Positions 13,578-25,599 of a DNA stretch of 64,000 nucleotides are shown here, in pieces. The DNA comes from Octopus sinensis (Eukaryota), in NCBI RefSeq assembly GCF_006345805.1, contig NC_043004.1, forward strand, positions 72,168,001 to 72,232,000, given 5' to 3'. How positions within the stretch are numbered: position 1 is the first letter of the stretch; each line of letters starts with the position of its first letter. The translations under genes and the position numbers were made by a program. Under the pieces are notes generated by a model. It made no database searches, was not told the DNA's origin, and saw nothing but the letters and a program-made list of their open reading frames with translations.

Positions 13578-13623
13578 AGCACAACGTTTCAGCTGATATA
13601 CCCTCCAGCCTTCATCAGGTTTC
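13578..13623 (-). ncRNA. Hammerhead-like motif in a short Penelope-type terminal repeat
   Basis: Minus strand: gaaac CTGATGA a GGCTG-gagggtatat-CAGCT GAAACGTT gtgcta; core and ACGT palindrome intact, stem I weak (2 bp). Confidence 0.5.
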
Positions 13624-13670
13624 TTGGGGAAATTTCGAACCTGGGTTCTCATTCCTAAGGTATTTTTCGA

Positions 13671-13761
<91 letters not shown>

Positions 13762-13859
13762 TCACTGCATGGAACTGAACTCGGAATCTTGGGTTTAGTA
13801 GTCCGCGCTCTTAACCACTACGTCATATGCCCATATCCCTTGGAATTGCTTCGTTAACC

Positions 13860-15760
13860 CTCTTTTCTCAAATCACAGCAGCAAACAGAAGTTTGACAAT
13901 ATTCTTTGGTTTCAAAATCTAGGTTATCCTATTAATAGGAAAGTGATGGAATATCTTATTTTCTACAATAATCTGAGTGATTTTTCCACTCATTCCACTC
14001 AGATAACAATCTACCATCATTAGTCGATGTGACCCTCCATACATTCCGTCTCACAAAGTAGTATGACGGGTTTGTCATAGCGGGAATGCCTTTTGATCAA
14101 AACACTATCTGATTTACTCAACTACACATCATTTATACCTATTATGTCAACATTAAATTGCACCCCTTCTAGCTGAGCTCTGGAGAAACTCACTTGATGC
14201 TGGCTACATTCCTGATCATCTTCTTTCGCAGTATGTCGATCCAGTCTTCAAGAAGTGAAAGAAATCTCTTGCAGTGTACTACCGTGCGACTTCACTCACC
14301 TCTCATATCATTAAAGTATTTGAGAGGGTGGTGAGATAGTGAATAACTCATTTCCTCGAAGACAACAATCTACTGAACCCCAACCAGTATCGTTTCCGTG
14401 ATGGCAGGGACTGTTTGTTGCAGCTACTGCACCATTTTGATGATATCTTAAAAGCGTTGGGAGACGGCTCCATACCTGACGTCATATGTCTTGATTTCGG
14501 CAAGGTATTTGACAGAGTGGACCACAAAATCATACTGAAGAAACTGTCCAACATTGGAGTCCGTGGAAAACTGCTGCAGTGGATAAAGTGTTTCCTGACC
14601 AACAGAACCCAACATGTACTTCAGGGAACACGATCTGGCTCAGCCAAAGTCATTAGTGGTGTCCCACTAGGTGCTGTGTTGGGCCCCACTCCTCTTCATT
14701 ATCTACCTCAATGACATAGTAGACGTCATCAAACATTCTACATTGAATATCTTTGCAGATGATTTCAAACTCCAAGAAGCCATAAACGGTATGGGAGATC
14801 GAGCATGACTTCAGTCAAATCTGTTTGCTGTGGTCCAATGGATGGAAAAAAGTAATATGCTTCTAAATAAAGACAAGTTTGGTTTGTTCCACTTTGGAAA
14901 AGAGGATACTCTGAAATTACCATATACTCTTCCCTTGAGTGACTCCCTAGTGTCATCAAACAGCACCAGAGGCCGTGGAGTAAGTCTTGGGGACAATCTA
15001 AGCTGGAGTTCCTACGTAAAGAGCAATGTTGACTTGGCCCATAAAATATGCTCCTGGATTCTGGGAAGTTTCCGGTCTAGAGATGCCTACACCATCATTC
15101 TTTTCTACTCTAACTTTGCCCGACCCCACCTTGAATACTGTTGCGCAATGTGGTCCCCTCCCCCATACGAAGCAACTCATTATGGAAATGGATGCATTCC
15201 AGAGGTCAATAACAAGAAAGATAGACGGCATGAGATGCACTGACTATTGGGATCGACTAAAAAAAACTCAATCTCTTCTCTCTCCAACGCCGCCGAGAGC
15301 GCTGCATCATTTGTGTGATGTGGAAAATATTCCATCAATATTGCACAAATGATATTGGTATCAATTTTAAAATCCACCCAAGACTTGACCCCCGTGCTAT
15401 CCGCCCATTACAGATCTCGACTTCAGGAGACATGGCAACATTACGTCACAAATAGTTTACCTCAAACGGTCCAGCTCTCTTGAATACCATACCAATATAC
15501 GTCAAAACGGAAACGGATCCCATAAAATTTTTAAATGTTCAGTGGACATTTTTTTTTTTAATCCTGGACCAAACTCTTACATTCGGATATGTCTCCAACA
15601 ATAATAACTTTTTGCTAGAGTGGGCCATGGTGCCCACTCTATATGACAAGACTTCACAAGGTGGTGCTATAAAGTTAGACATGGCCTGGGCCTATACTGT
15701 CCGAAACCTATCAAAGTTATCTAAGTTATTAGAGTTATCGTAAACCATAAAGTGGGTATG
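13860..15760 (+). mobile_element. CR1-clade LINE (RT to 3' end), degenerate
   Basis: DVICLDFGKVFDRVDH, SGVPLGAVLGP, FADD-like site, ARPHLEYCCAMWSP; a related fragment lies at about 56560-56770 in the paralogous intron. Confidence 0.85.
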
Positions 15761-15891
15761 ACACATTCAATAATCTGAAAGGTGAAAAATAAACTCTTCG
15801 AATAAATTAAGCAGAACTGTTTGTCGTAAACATAGTAGTTCAAGTTTTCATTATGATGAAGTTTATTAAATGTATCGTTGTAATATATTAG

Positions 15892-16001
15892 TTTCAGCGA
15901 ACCGAATTTTCACATGACTTGGGGAGGAAAGAATTCTACTAACTTGATGGAGGCCAAAAAGAATAATGGAAACTACGTAATGCATTACAAAGGCTTTGGT
16001 A
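15892..16001 (+). CDS. Paralog 1, coding exon c (110 nt, phase 2 to 1)
   Basis: atattAG|t ttc agc gaa ccg...ttt ggt a|GTatgt; (N)FSEPNFHMTWGGKNSTNLMEAKKNNGNYVMHYKGFG; homologous to 58151-58260; not in the ORF track because it is too short. Confidence 0.85.
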
Positions 16002-16909
16002 GTATGTAAAATATATCATTTTGCTTTGAGTGCATATAATTGTACTTTTGTATGTTTGTATAGAAATAATATTTATATGTGTGTGTATGCGAGTATGTGT
16101 TTGTATGTATATATGTGTGTGTGTGTGTGTGCGCGCGAATATGTGTGTATGCATGAATAGTATGTATATATATATATATATAGTGCGTGTGTGTGTGTGG
16201 TGTGTGTGTGTGCGTTTGTGTGTGCATGCGTGTGTGTATGTGTGTTTGTAAAAATATACTTACTGACGTACTAATTATTTTCTTACAAGATAGATTTTAG
16301 ATCTCTTTGCGCTGTTTGCAGAAGGTAAAAGTAATTAATAAATGCAATTAGTAATTAGCAAACCTAGAAAACATAAAACAAAACTGGAAAGAAAAGAAAA
16401 AAAAGCATTTGTAAGAAGCGTGTGTGATTCAATTCTGTAATCTGTGGAAAGGGTAAATATTCTCTCTCTCCCTCTCACTCTCTCTCTCTCTCTCTCTCTC
16501 TCTGTATGTATATATATATCTATATATATCTCTCTATATATAAACGGCAGTTTGTCTGTGTGTGTTTCTGTGTGTCTGTTTGCTTGTACCCTCACCCTGA
16601 CCACGGCTTTCAACCGATTCTGATGAAACTTGACACACACATAGCCCAATGTCATAATTCAAAACTAACGCAGCGAAAATTTTGAAAAGTTCCCCCAGTT
16701 CTGAAAAAAATCGATAAATTCGACATGGGGTCGAGAATCAGAAACACAAACCACAGACTGTCTAGGGGACGCACATCGACCTTTTTAGCTAAAAAAAAAT
16801 TTACCATCATTTTTTCCCAATTTTTTGCCTATAACTATCTAAAAATGCTTTATAGTTATTTCCCTTACAAACCCGAGCAACGCCGGGCGATACTGCTAGT
16901 ATATATATA

Positions 16910-16950
<41 letters not shown>

Positions 16951-17151
16951 AGAGTTTACGAAAAAACAAAAGACGAAGACAGGTGGTGTACAAAACAAAC
17001 ATATGTATTAGTATAACGCTCAGGAATAGAAAAAGTATTTTACGTTTCGAGCCTACGCTCTTCTACAGAAAGGGACACAGAAAAAAAAACAAGGAGAATA
17101 AAAAATGTGTGTAGTGGCTAACGATCTATATATATATATATATATATATAT

Positions 17152-17591
17152 AAAGAATAAAAAGCTTTGAATGGTACAACAATACACTATAATACAAACA
17201 ATGGACTATATACCTGTTGTAATTTAGTTATACATAGTCTGATGATATTTCGGAATAAAATTCCTTATTCAGATATTCTTAGATGGAGTCGCGGCTATAA
17301 TCGGTTTTCCAACAGCTCTTCTTCTTTCGAAAGCGTCTTAGCAGTGGTCTCACGAAGCTCCTTCACAAGAATTCCTCTTGAGAAATGCGTGAGGTCAGCC
17401 AATTCTCAATCTCGTGTGTGTTGGTATATCTGTAGTGCTGTTTCTAAGTTATGTATTATTTTCTCTTCTTTTATACAAGAATGGCAACACGATCCAGATT
17501 AGACCCAAAGGATGACTAAATTACAACAGGTATATAGTCCATTGTTTGTATTATAGTGCATTGTTGTACCATTCAAAACTTTATATTCTTT
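17152..17591. repeat. 77-bp inverted repeats (17152-17228 / 17515-17591) around a 286-bp spacer
   Basis: Arms match with few mismatches; (TA)n on the left; MITE-like or a retroelement 5' inversion. Confidence 0.65.
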
Positions 17592-17662
17592 ACAAACAAT
17601 ACACAATGCTTCGTGCGAACTACAATACCCTCTCTCTTTCTCTCTCTCTCTCTCTCATTCTC

Positions 17663-17770
<108 letters not shown>

Positions 17771-18048
17771 CAAAATAAGCAACAGGATTTCCAGAGGTGA
17801 TGCAGTACGATTGTTTCAAGTGACTCCATTCAATTGAACAATGCAATCATTACATCAATTTAAATGCAGAGTTGTCTTCAGTTGCATAAATGAATAAATA
17901 GAATTAATTGAACCAGTCGGACACATTTGTATAATTTTACTTAAATCCTCTAATAGGGTAAGAAGACAAAGTCCATGCTGTGTTCACTTCCGCTTCAGAA
18001 AAAAAACTTGTTAGTGTTCTAGCTTGTCACTGATTTTGGGGTCGGTTT

Positions 18049-18097
18049 TACGCACGGACCCGGGTTTCTGGGTATTTACCCATCATCAGCGCACGAC
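18049..18097 (-). ncRNA. Minimal type I hammerhead ribozyme motif, intact core
   Basis: Minus strand: gtCGTGCG CUGAUGA UGGGU-aaau-ACCCA GAA ACCCGGGU C CGUGCG; 5-bp stem II, palindromic stem III ACCCGGGT, GUC cleavage triplet, 6-bp stem I including two G-U pairs. Confidence 0.8.
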
Positions 18098-18524
18098 AAC
18101 CACCGGTCTTCGATGCGAAGGGGTCCCAATGCAAATACAATTTTCTTTTTTCCAGTGACTTTTCGTCACTGATCTCGAAAATGTGTGAACAAGCAATAAT
18201 AAATCTCTGAACGATGTATAAACAGTAACTGCACGACATTGTAAAGTATATTTGCCATCTAAATGTGGCTAACCACTAAGGGTGGATGTTACTGTAGCTT
18301 GTAGCCCCAGGAGAACATCTTCTCCAGCTGGCTATTCACACACTTTCTGTACCCTATCAGTATTTGCAAAGGGAAACCATCCTTCCCATCGTCGACCTAT
18401 TTATACCTCGTTCAGAGATTTATTATTGCTTGTTTACACTTTTTCGAGATCATTGACGAAAAGTCACTGGAAAAAGGATATATGTATTTGCATTGGGACC
18501 CCTTCGCATCGAAGACCGGTGATT

Positions 18525-18573
18525 GTCCTGCGCTGATGACAGTTAAATACCCAGAAACCCGGGTCCGTGCGTA
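18525..18573 (+). ncRNA. Second copy of the same hammerhead, stem II damaged
   Basis: gtcctgcg CTGATGA cagtt-aaat-accca GAAACCCGGGTC cgtgcg; core intact but the 5' strand of stem II is mutated. Confidence 0.6.
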
Positions 18574-19453
18574 TCATGTTAGGTCGATGATGGGGAGGAT
18601 GGCTTCCCTTTTCAAATACTGATAGGGCACAGAAAGTGTATCAAAAGCCAGCTGGAGAAGATGTTTTCCTGGGGCTACAAGCTACAGTAACATCCACCCT
18701 TAGCGGTTAGCCACATTTAGATGGCAAATATACTTCACACTTCACGTTGTCGTGCAGTTACTGTTTATACCTCGTTCAGAGATTTATTATATATATATAT
18801 ATATATATATATATCTTCGCTATAAGTTCATTTATATGTATAGTGTACTAGTGTACTGTTTTGTGATGCTCTATCACATGTGGTGTGTAGTCCGACTTCC
18901 AGCCCCATGGGTGACTAGATATCTTTGTAGCTTACTTTTGTTTCTGTGTCGGAAGGAAGATTTGTGATTAATATAGCGATTTTTAAATTCGCCTTTCGTT
19001 ATAGATGAAAATGAAATATCTAGCATTAAAACTTTTCTTAAAATTCTTACTTAATATGTAATAAAAGTTAGAATAAATACATTTCACCTTATCATGTACG
19101 GAAAGGAAGGGAATTACATTAATACTGGCTTGAAGACGAACGAAAACTTTTATCGTAGAAGCACGCTTTAGTTGAGAAATGTTTCTTTTCAGATATATTT
19201 TAAAGGCACCGGATGAAACCCACAGAAGTTGAAAGTATATCTGTGTAATGCATACATTTTTTTATATATAATTTACTTGGACGGTTCGATAATTCATAAT
19301 AGCGATTCCCTTAAATTTTTTACGTGATGCGTAAAAGAAAGAAGCAGAAATCCTCTGACTACATCACCTCCATATTATTGTGTGTGTGTGTGTGTGTGTG
19401 TGTGCGCGTGTGTGCATACACCCAGAGTAAGATTGATAGATAGATAGATAGAT

Positions 19454-19502
<49 letters not shown>

Positions 19503-19687
19503 TGCTCGTGTGTATATGTATAGCATATATGTATGTGTGTATGTTTGACCTTACACACATACATACATGTGTGTATATATGTATGTACGTATGAATGTAT
19601 GTGCATATGTATGTATGCATGATCATTGAGAAACACAGTTAACTTCATTAATTGTTAACAATATCTTTCCTTAATTTTTTCTTTCAG

Positions 19688-19737
19688 GTGTTTCGGGTAC
19701 CATTCAGAAAATTGTCATTGCAGTCCTTTTCGTGTAG
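19688..19737 (+). CDS. Paralog 1, terminal coding exon d (50 nt to TAG)
   Basis: ttctttcAG|gt gtt tcg...ttc gtg TAG; (S)VSGTIQKIVIAVLFV*; homologous to 61052-61101; AATAAA at 19756-19761. Confidence 0.85.
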
Positions 19738-20054
19738 AAGACGCTTTATTCTAGAAATAAAATATATATTCGTACATATATGCAATCATGCATAATACAT
19801 ACATGCATACATATATACATACAAAAATACATTCATAAAAACATACAAACATAGATAAATGCATACTTACACACGTACATAAATGCATACATACATAAAT
19901 ACATGCACATATACATAGGCAGGTAGATTAACTACTACAGAATCTAAGAATAACCAAATTTAGAGTAGAGTAAAATATAGTGTGAATCTATGTTCGAAAA
20001 GCAATAGCATAAATGTAGATACATTAAATCATTATAATAAAGAGAGTAATACTA

Positions 20055-20360
20055 CTTTCATCTATAGGCACAAGGCCTGGAATTTCGGAGGATTACATCG
20101 ATTACTTTGGTATAAAATGTATTAGCACCACGCTTTCACTTCTTCTTCTACAAAAGGTTGTTATTCAAGGAAATGAAGACCAAATTGGTCAAACTTTCTT
20201 CACTTTGAGAACCCAGTCTTTCACTTGTACATAATTTATTGACTCCAGAAGAATGAGAGCAATGACGATCTCGGAGGAATTTGAACTCAGAACGTTGCAG
20301 CAGGTGAAATACCGCTAAGCATTTTCCCGGCGTACTAATGATTCAGCCAGCTCACCGTCT
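20055..20360 (-). mobile_element. Nin-like SINE containing a ~120-bp hAT transposase fragment
   Basis: SINE consensus on both sides; the inner 20100-20225 matches 25672-25790. Confidence 0.65.
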
Positions 20361-20379
20361 TAATGATGTTATCAATAAT

Positions 20380-21150
20380 AATAGTAATAATGAGTATAGA
20401 AATATAATACGCTGTATAGAAATAAGCTTAAGTTTTAGACTAAAAACAATACTCCATATATAAATTTGATAAATTAAATCATGATAATTCTCAAAATGGA
20501 AATAGTATTTGATTTATTATTGCTTTTGCAAGACAATTAAAAACTAATTTGGTTCAGCTTTTTTACAGATCTCTATCTAAACATTTTAACAATTAATAGC
20601 AAAAAGGATTAGCATCGGCATTTCAGTATCTAAAATTATATTTAGAATTATCTTTTCGATTAATAAGAAAAAATCAGACATTTTTTAAAATAATAGAAAA
20701 AATAATTCAGTTACTAATAGACCAAGTGTTAACTTGAACTTGTGATTGCACATTTATGAATAAATCTTATATTAATAATTTATGTATGCAATATAACCTT
20801 GCTTATAGAAGTAGAGAAGAATCTGAAGGGAACAATTACTTTTACATTGGGTCAACTGAAAATTTTATTAAACGACGTATTGCAAACAATAAATATATTT
20901 TTAGGAGCAGGGATAGGTTGAATAGTACCAGTTTAAGTAAGTTTATATGGCAGTTAAAGGATAAAATAAATTGTACTACCTTAAATGGCAAAATACTTAG
21001 TCATGCTAGATCTTATAAAATTGCTGATAATAGATATAACCTGTGGTTGGAGGAAATATATCAAATTTTAACATCAAAAAAGAAGCTGCCTAATGACAGA
21101 CACGAACGAGAAATACCTCGTAAACACTCTTCAAAATATGTGTTTAGAAT
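20380..21150 (+). mobile_element. Penelope-like element, GIY-YIG endonuclease fragment
   Basis: FYIGSTENFIKRR...STSLSKFIWQLK...LWLEEIYQIL. Confidence 0.8.
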
Positions 21151-22090
21151 ATGAAATTAAATTTATTATTTCAAGTATTGTATCGAGTAATTGTTTTGTG
21201 TTATATTTTTATATTATATATTGTCTAAAGTTCATATATATATATATATATATATGGGGGGGTGTATGTATGTATATATTAAAAATATATGTGTGTAAAG
21301 TTATAGATTTTAAAGGATCTTCGGATGTAGACATAAAAATGTTAAAACAATCGTGTATAGATGAAAATACTGGAGAAAGTCTGACGTGGTGATGGAATCG
21401 AACCAAATGATACAATGAAGAAGGACATGTCTATCCTGAATTTTCAGGATAGTAAAATAGTTAAAGTTGGATACCAACGGCTGTTTCTGGGGATTCATTG
21501 AGGGAAGATGAAGAGATATAGCACACATTATTTGGCAATTCCTCCTTCTTCAGAGCAACGAGTTTTCCATGTTGACAATAGTGAATGACCATGTCCGGAG
21601 ATCCTATAAAATGTATTCCTTTACACATATATAATATTAATATATTTATTTATTTATATATCTCTTTAATGTCTGTGTATTTATATATTTTAATTTATCA
21701 TGTACATTTGTCCTTTAAAACCATCTCTAATCGGAGTCATGTCAGCGGATTGAATTACAAGGTCTTTTGTTTCTTCAAATTACATATTTATTTATTCCAT
21801 CTCAAGTTACTCTTGAGAACTTCTAAGTCTAAACCTCTATATTGTGAGAGATTTTCTAATTAATCTTCTTTCTCAAAATGATTATATATATGTATGTGTC
21901 TATGTATGTATGTATGTATGTATGTATGTATGTATATATGCATGTATGTAAGTATGTAGGATTATGGGTGCATCCAAGTATCTATATATATGTATATGTG
22001 TGTATCCATATTTAAATATATATGTGTGTAAATTTCTATGTATAGATGTGTGTAAGTGTACATATATATGTGTGTGTGTATGTGTGTGTG

Positions 22091-22111
<21 letters not shown>

Positions 22112-22124
<13 letters not shown>

Positions 22125-22335
22125 TAGCAAATTGAAGTCTCGTTGGTCCGCCGAGCGAAGTAATTAATGATATTTTGTCTACAGATACGTTTTGAGTTTG
22201 AGTTCCACAGAGATCGACTTTGCATTTCACCCTTTAGGGGTCAATAAATTAAGTACCAGTGGAGTGCTGGAGTTGATATGATAGACGTACCCCTTCCCTG
22301 AAAGTCTTAAGCCTTGTGCCTACATGTGAAAGGAT
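22112..22335 (+). mobile_element. Nin-like SINE, degenerate
   Basis: gagttccacagagatcgactttgcatttcaccctttaggggtcaataaattaagtaccag...ccttgtgcct. Confidence 0.65.
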
Positions 22336-22603
22336 TATAACATAGAAAATTGTTTAGTAATGAGATATTAATGTGTTAAATTACTATGACTAGGTTAACT
22401 TATACCAATCGTCTATTTAAATTGTATTACAATTTAATTTTATATTCGATATAATTATTTATATTAGCAATTATAATTTAAATTAAAGAATAAACATATT
22501 TTGATTGATAGAAATAATAATTATAAAAAAAGTTACTTACTATTTATTTATAGACTTATTCTTTATATATATTTATGCGAATTCATATGGGGAAGTATGT
22601 AAG

Positions 22604-22638
<35 letters not shown>

Positions 22639-22639
22639 A

Positions 22640-22687
<48 letters not shown>

Positions 22688-22909
22688 CAATCCTACTAAA
22701 AGAACGAAGTACAAACACAAAAAACAACAACAACAGGACGTGGTACATGTAAAGTATTAGCAGACGCTCAGGAAAGGACAGAATTGTGGTTTTACGTTTC
22801 CAACAAAGTTCTTCTTTAGAAACAGGAGACAGGGGAAAGTCCAATAGAAAGGAAAACGGAGAAAAACTCACCAATGATATGTATATGTATGTATGTATAT
22901 GTATATATG

Positions 22910-22975
<66 letters not shown>

Positions 22976-25599
22976 GATGTTAATAAATTAAATTAAATTT
23001 GAAATATGTCAAATCGTAAGTCTCCATTTTCTTTTAATATCTGTGTGATTATAAATATATATATATATATATATATACCCACACATATATGTGTTTATAT
23101 ATACATGCACACATATTAATGTTTGCATTTATGTCAAACGGTAAAAACAAATTGACATTAAATTGAGGGAGTATGGAATATCTTCTAGTAGGGGATGTGT
23201 TTATTAATCTTTTATAAGAAGATCGGAAATAGTGACTTCAAAGGTTCTGCCTGCTAGCTTTCGGCACATTGTCTAAAGTTGTGCGGATGGGCGTTCAAAT
23301 ACTTTGTATATTTGCAAGTGTCTAAAAACGTTGATTCTTGTATCCTTGATGTTAGTTAACACACTGATTCAACGATCAGTCAACAATAAAATGAAGGTCA
23401 AACCGAGATAAGACTGAAACCAATAACAAGATAACAGAATACTTATTGTTCAGTTGCTCTTATTTTCCGAGTGACTTAATCTATTAAATGGCTGCTGAAA
23501 ATACTCCCATTAAATATCCAGTTAGACTCACTTTTGTTTTATTATTATCTTGTAGTAATCATATATATATTTTTAGGTATCAGAATCATTTGTTGCACTT
23601 ATTCTACATGCTCTTTGACACTATATCACTGGATACGAGACACAATATTCCAGTACATGATACAATATAAATATTCAAACAATAATTTTGATGAAATGGA
23701 AGAGGTATTTAAATTTTCAACAATATATCACAGGTATTTGTCCTTTATGCATCGCTGTATGATGAAAACCAATTTCTAATCCAGAATTAATCTCATGATT
23801 TAACTAAGTCCCAAATCTACAGCAACATCCAGTTTAATTGTACCAAAAAGTAAAAATATAATACAACATACTTTTATGTATATGTTGTGTATTTCCAGAT
23901 AAGCTCTGATTGGAAGGGAAACTTATGCTTAAAGGCATTCGAAACTGGGTTATTATCTTTGGATTTATATCTAACAAGACATTGTCTAACATAATCTGAC
24001 AACTTCAATGAGATATGATGTAATTTGAAGTAATGTGCTTGATAATATAATGACTCTACCATGATAGAATTGTTATAAACTAGAGCGCGTGTTAGTGAGA
24101 GTTTGAGAGGGAGACAAAGTGTGAGAGGGGTGTGGGAAGAGATAGAGTAAACAGCCATTAGACTTGAAATTGTCTACAATCGAAATTGGTATTTTAAACC
24201 GAGAGTTTTATAAAAATTAATATGTCTTCTCGTATTTTATTCTCAGCTGTAGCGAATACGATCATACAAAAATACTTCTCGTCATAGCTCACTTAAATAC
24301 CTATCCTACAATCAAGCATACATACGGTAGTTTCACACATACCTGCTAATATACCAATTATCTCTTGTAGTCTATAACTTTATACTAAAAAAGTTCCTTT
24401 CATTTTTGCTGATCACATGACGGTATTTTACGATCGGAAAAGAAAGACATCTGACTATTCTAGTTTTTGAATTTACAACCAGCCACACTGCTATCACTAT
24501 GTCGCATTTAGCAAATTATTTAAGGAGATAATTGAATACGTTCTACAATATAAATACAGATTTATTGTTCGATTCCTTATTTCACAGTTTATCTTTCACC
24601 ATCATATATTCCTGTTTAAATTTGAAATTCAAGATATTTCTCACACACGTACACATTTACATATTTTTTGTTATATGTTCTGTAAACTTTCTGGACATTT
24701 AGTTGGACACAATCACAGACTCGTGTATATGCTTTCCTAATATAATATTTGAAGGGTGACTATTCTTTGTGATTTTTTCTGCACCTTTTTCGGTGGTTCG
24801 TTGGGACCCAGTTATTCGTTTTATCATTGTTGAATAAAACATTTTTATCGAAAAGACGTTTTATCGTTGTTAAATAAAACATTTTTATCCAAAAAATAGA
24901 CTTATTTAATATATTTCTAAAGCACTTTCTTTTCTCTATATCAACATTGATGTATAAAATTAATGTTAAATTTGTTGACCCCGACGTGAGAAGTATGTAG
25001 TAATCAACCCAATCAATGATTGAAAGGACTTTTATAACATTTATACAACGTTATAATATCCGTGAACTATACAACTGTGCGCCATTTAAATATGAGTTTT
25101 CCAACCATACTGTGTCTCCAGTGTCTACTGGGGTAAATACTGTGTTCAATTCTGTCTAAATGCTTTTTGCAAAGAACATTTTATCAATAAGCCAAGACTG
25201 ACAACCGAAAATGGCCTAAAGTCACTCTTTGCTACACAAATAACGCCCAAAATCTCAAAATTCCTAATTGAAAGAAAACAGTCATTTAATCCAGTGGTGA
25301 AGTATGTCTTGGAATCCAGGGATTGTAGTCTATGATGCAGGCCAATCGTCCAGGTAAAGAGTAAGGAAGTGAAACCTTAGTCACCCTTCATCCAAAGCTA
25401 TTTCTCCGCTCCATCTATGAAGGTGATATGAACTAATTCTGATATGAGAAAATGTTCTTCTACCAACAGACCACGCTTCAGGCTTGATAGCCCTCTCCAT
25501 AGGACTCGATGTTCCTCCATGAACAATACCGCAGCGACGGTTCTACCATGATGACTGTTATTGGTTACAAGAGCAATCTGAAAAAACAATAGAATATAC

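Larger units (their letters stand above)
18049..18790. mobile_element. Hammerhead-bearing repeat: one 364-nt permuted unit (18401-18790, +) preceded by an inverted copy (18049-18400)
   Basis: ttatacctcgttcagagattt recurs at 18401 and 18765; 18049-18222 is the reverse complement of 18400-18573, and 18200-18400 of 18578-18790. Confidence 0.75.
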
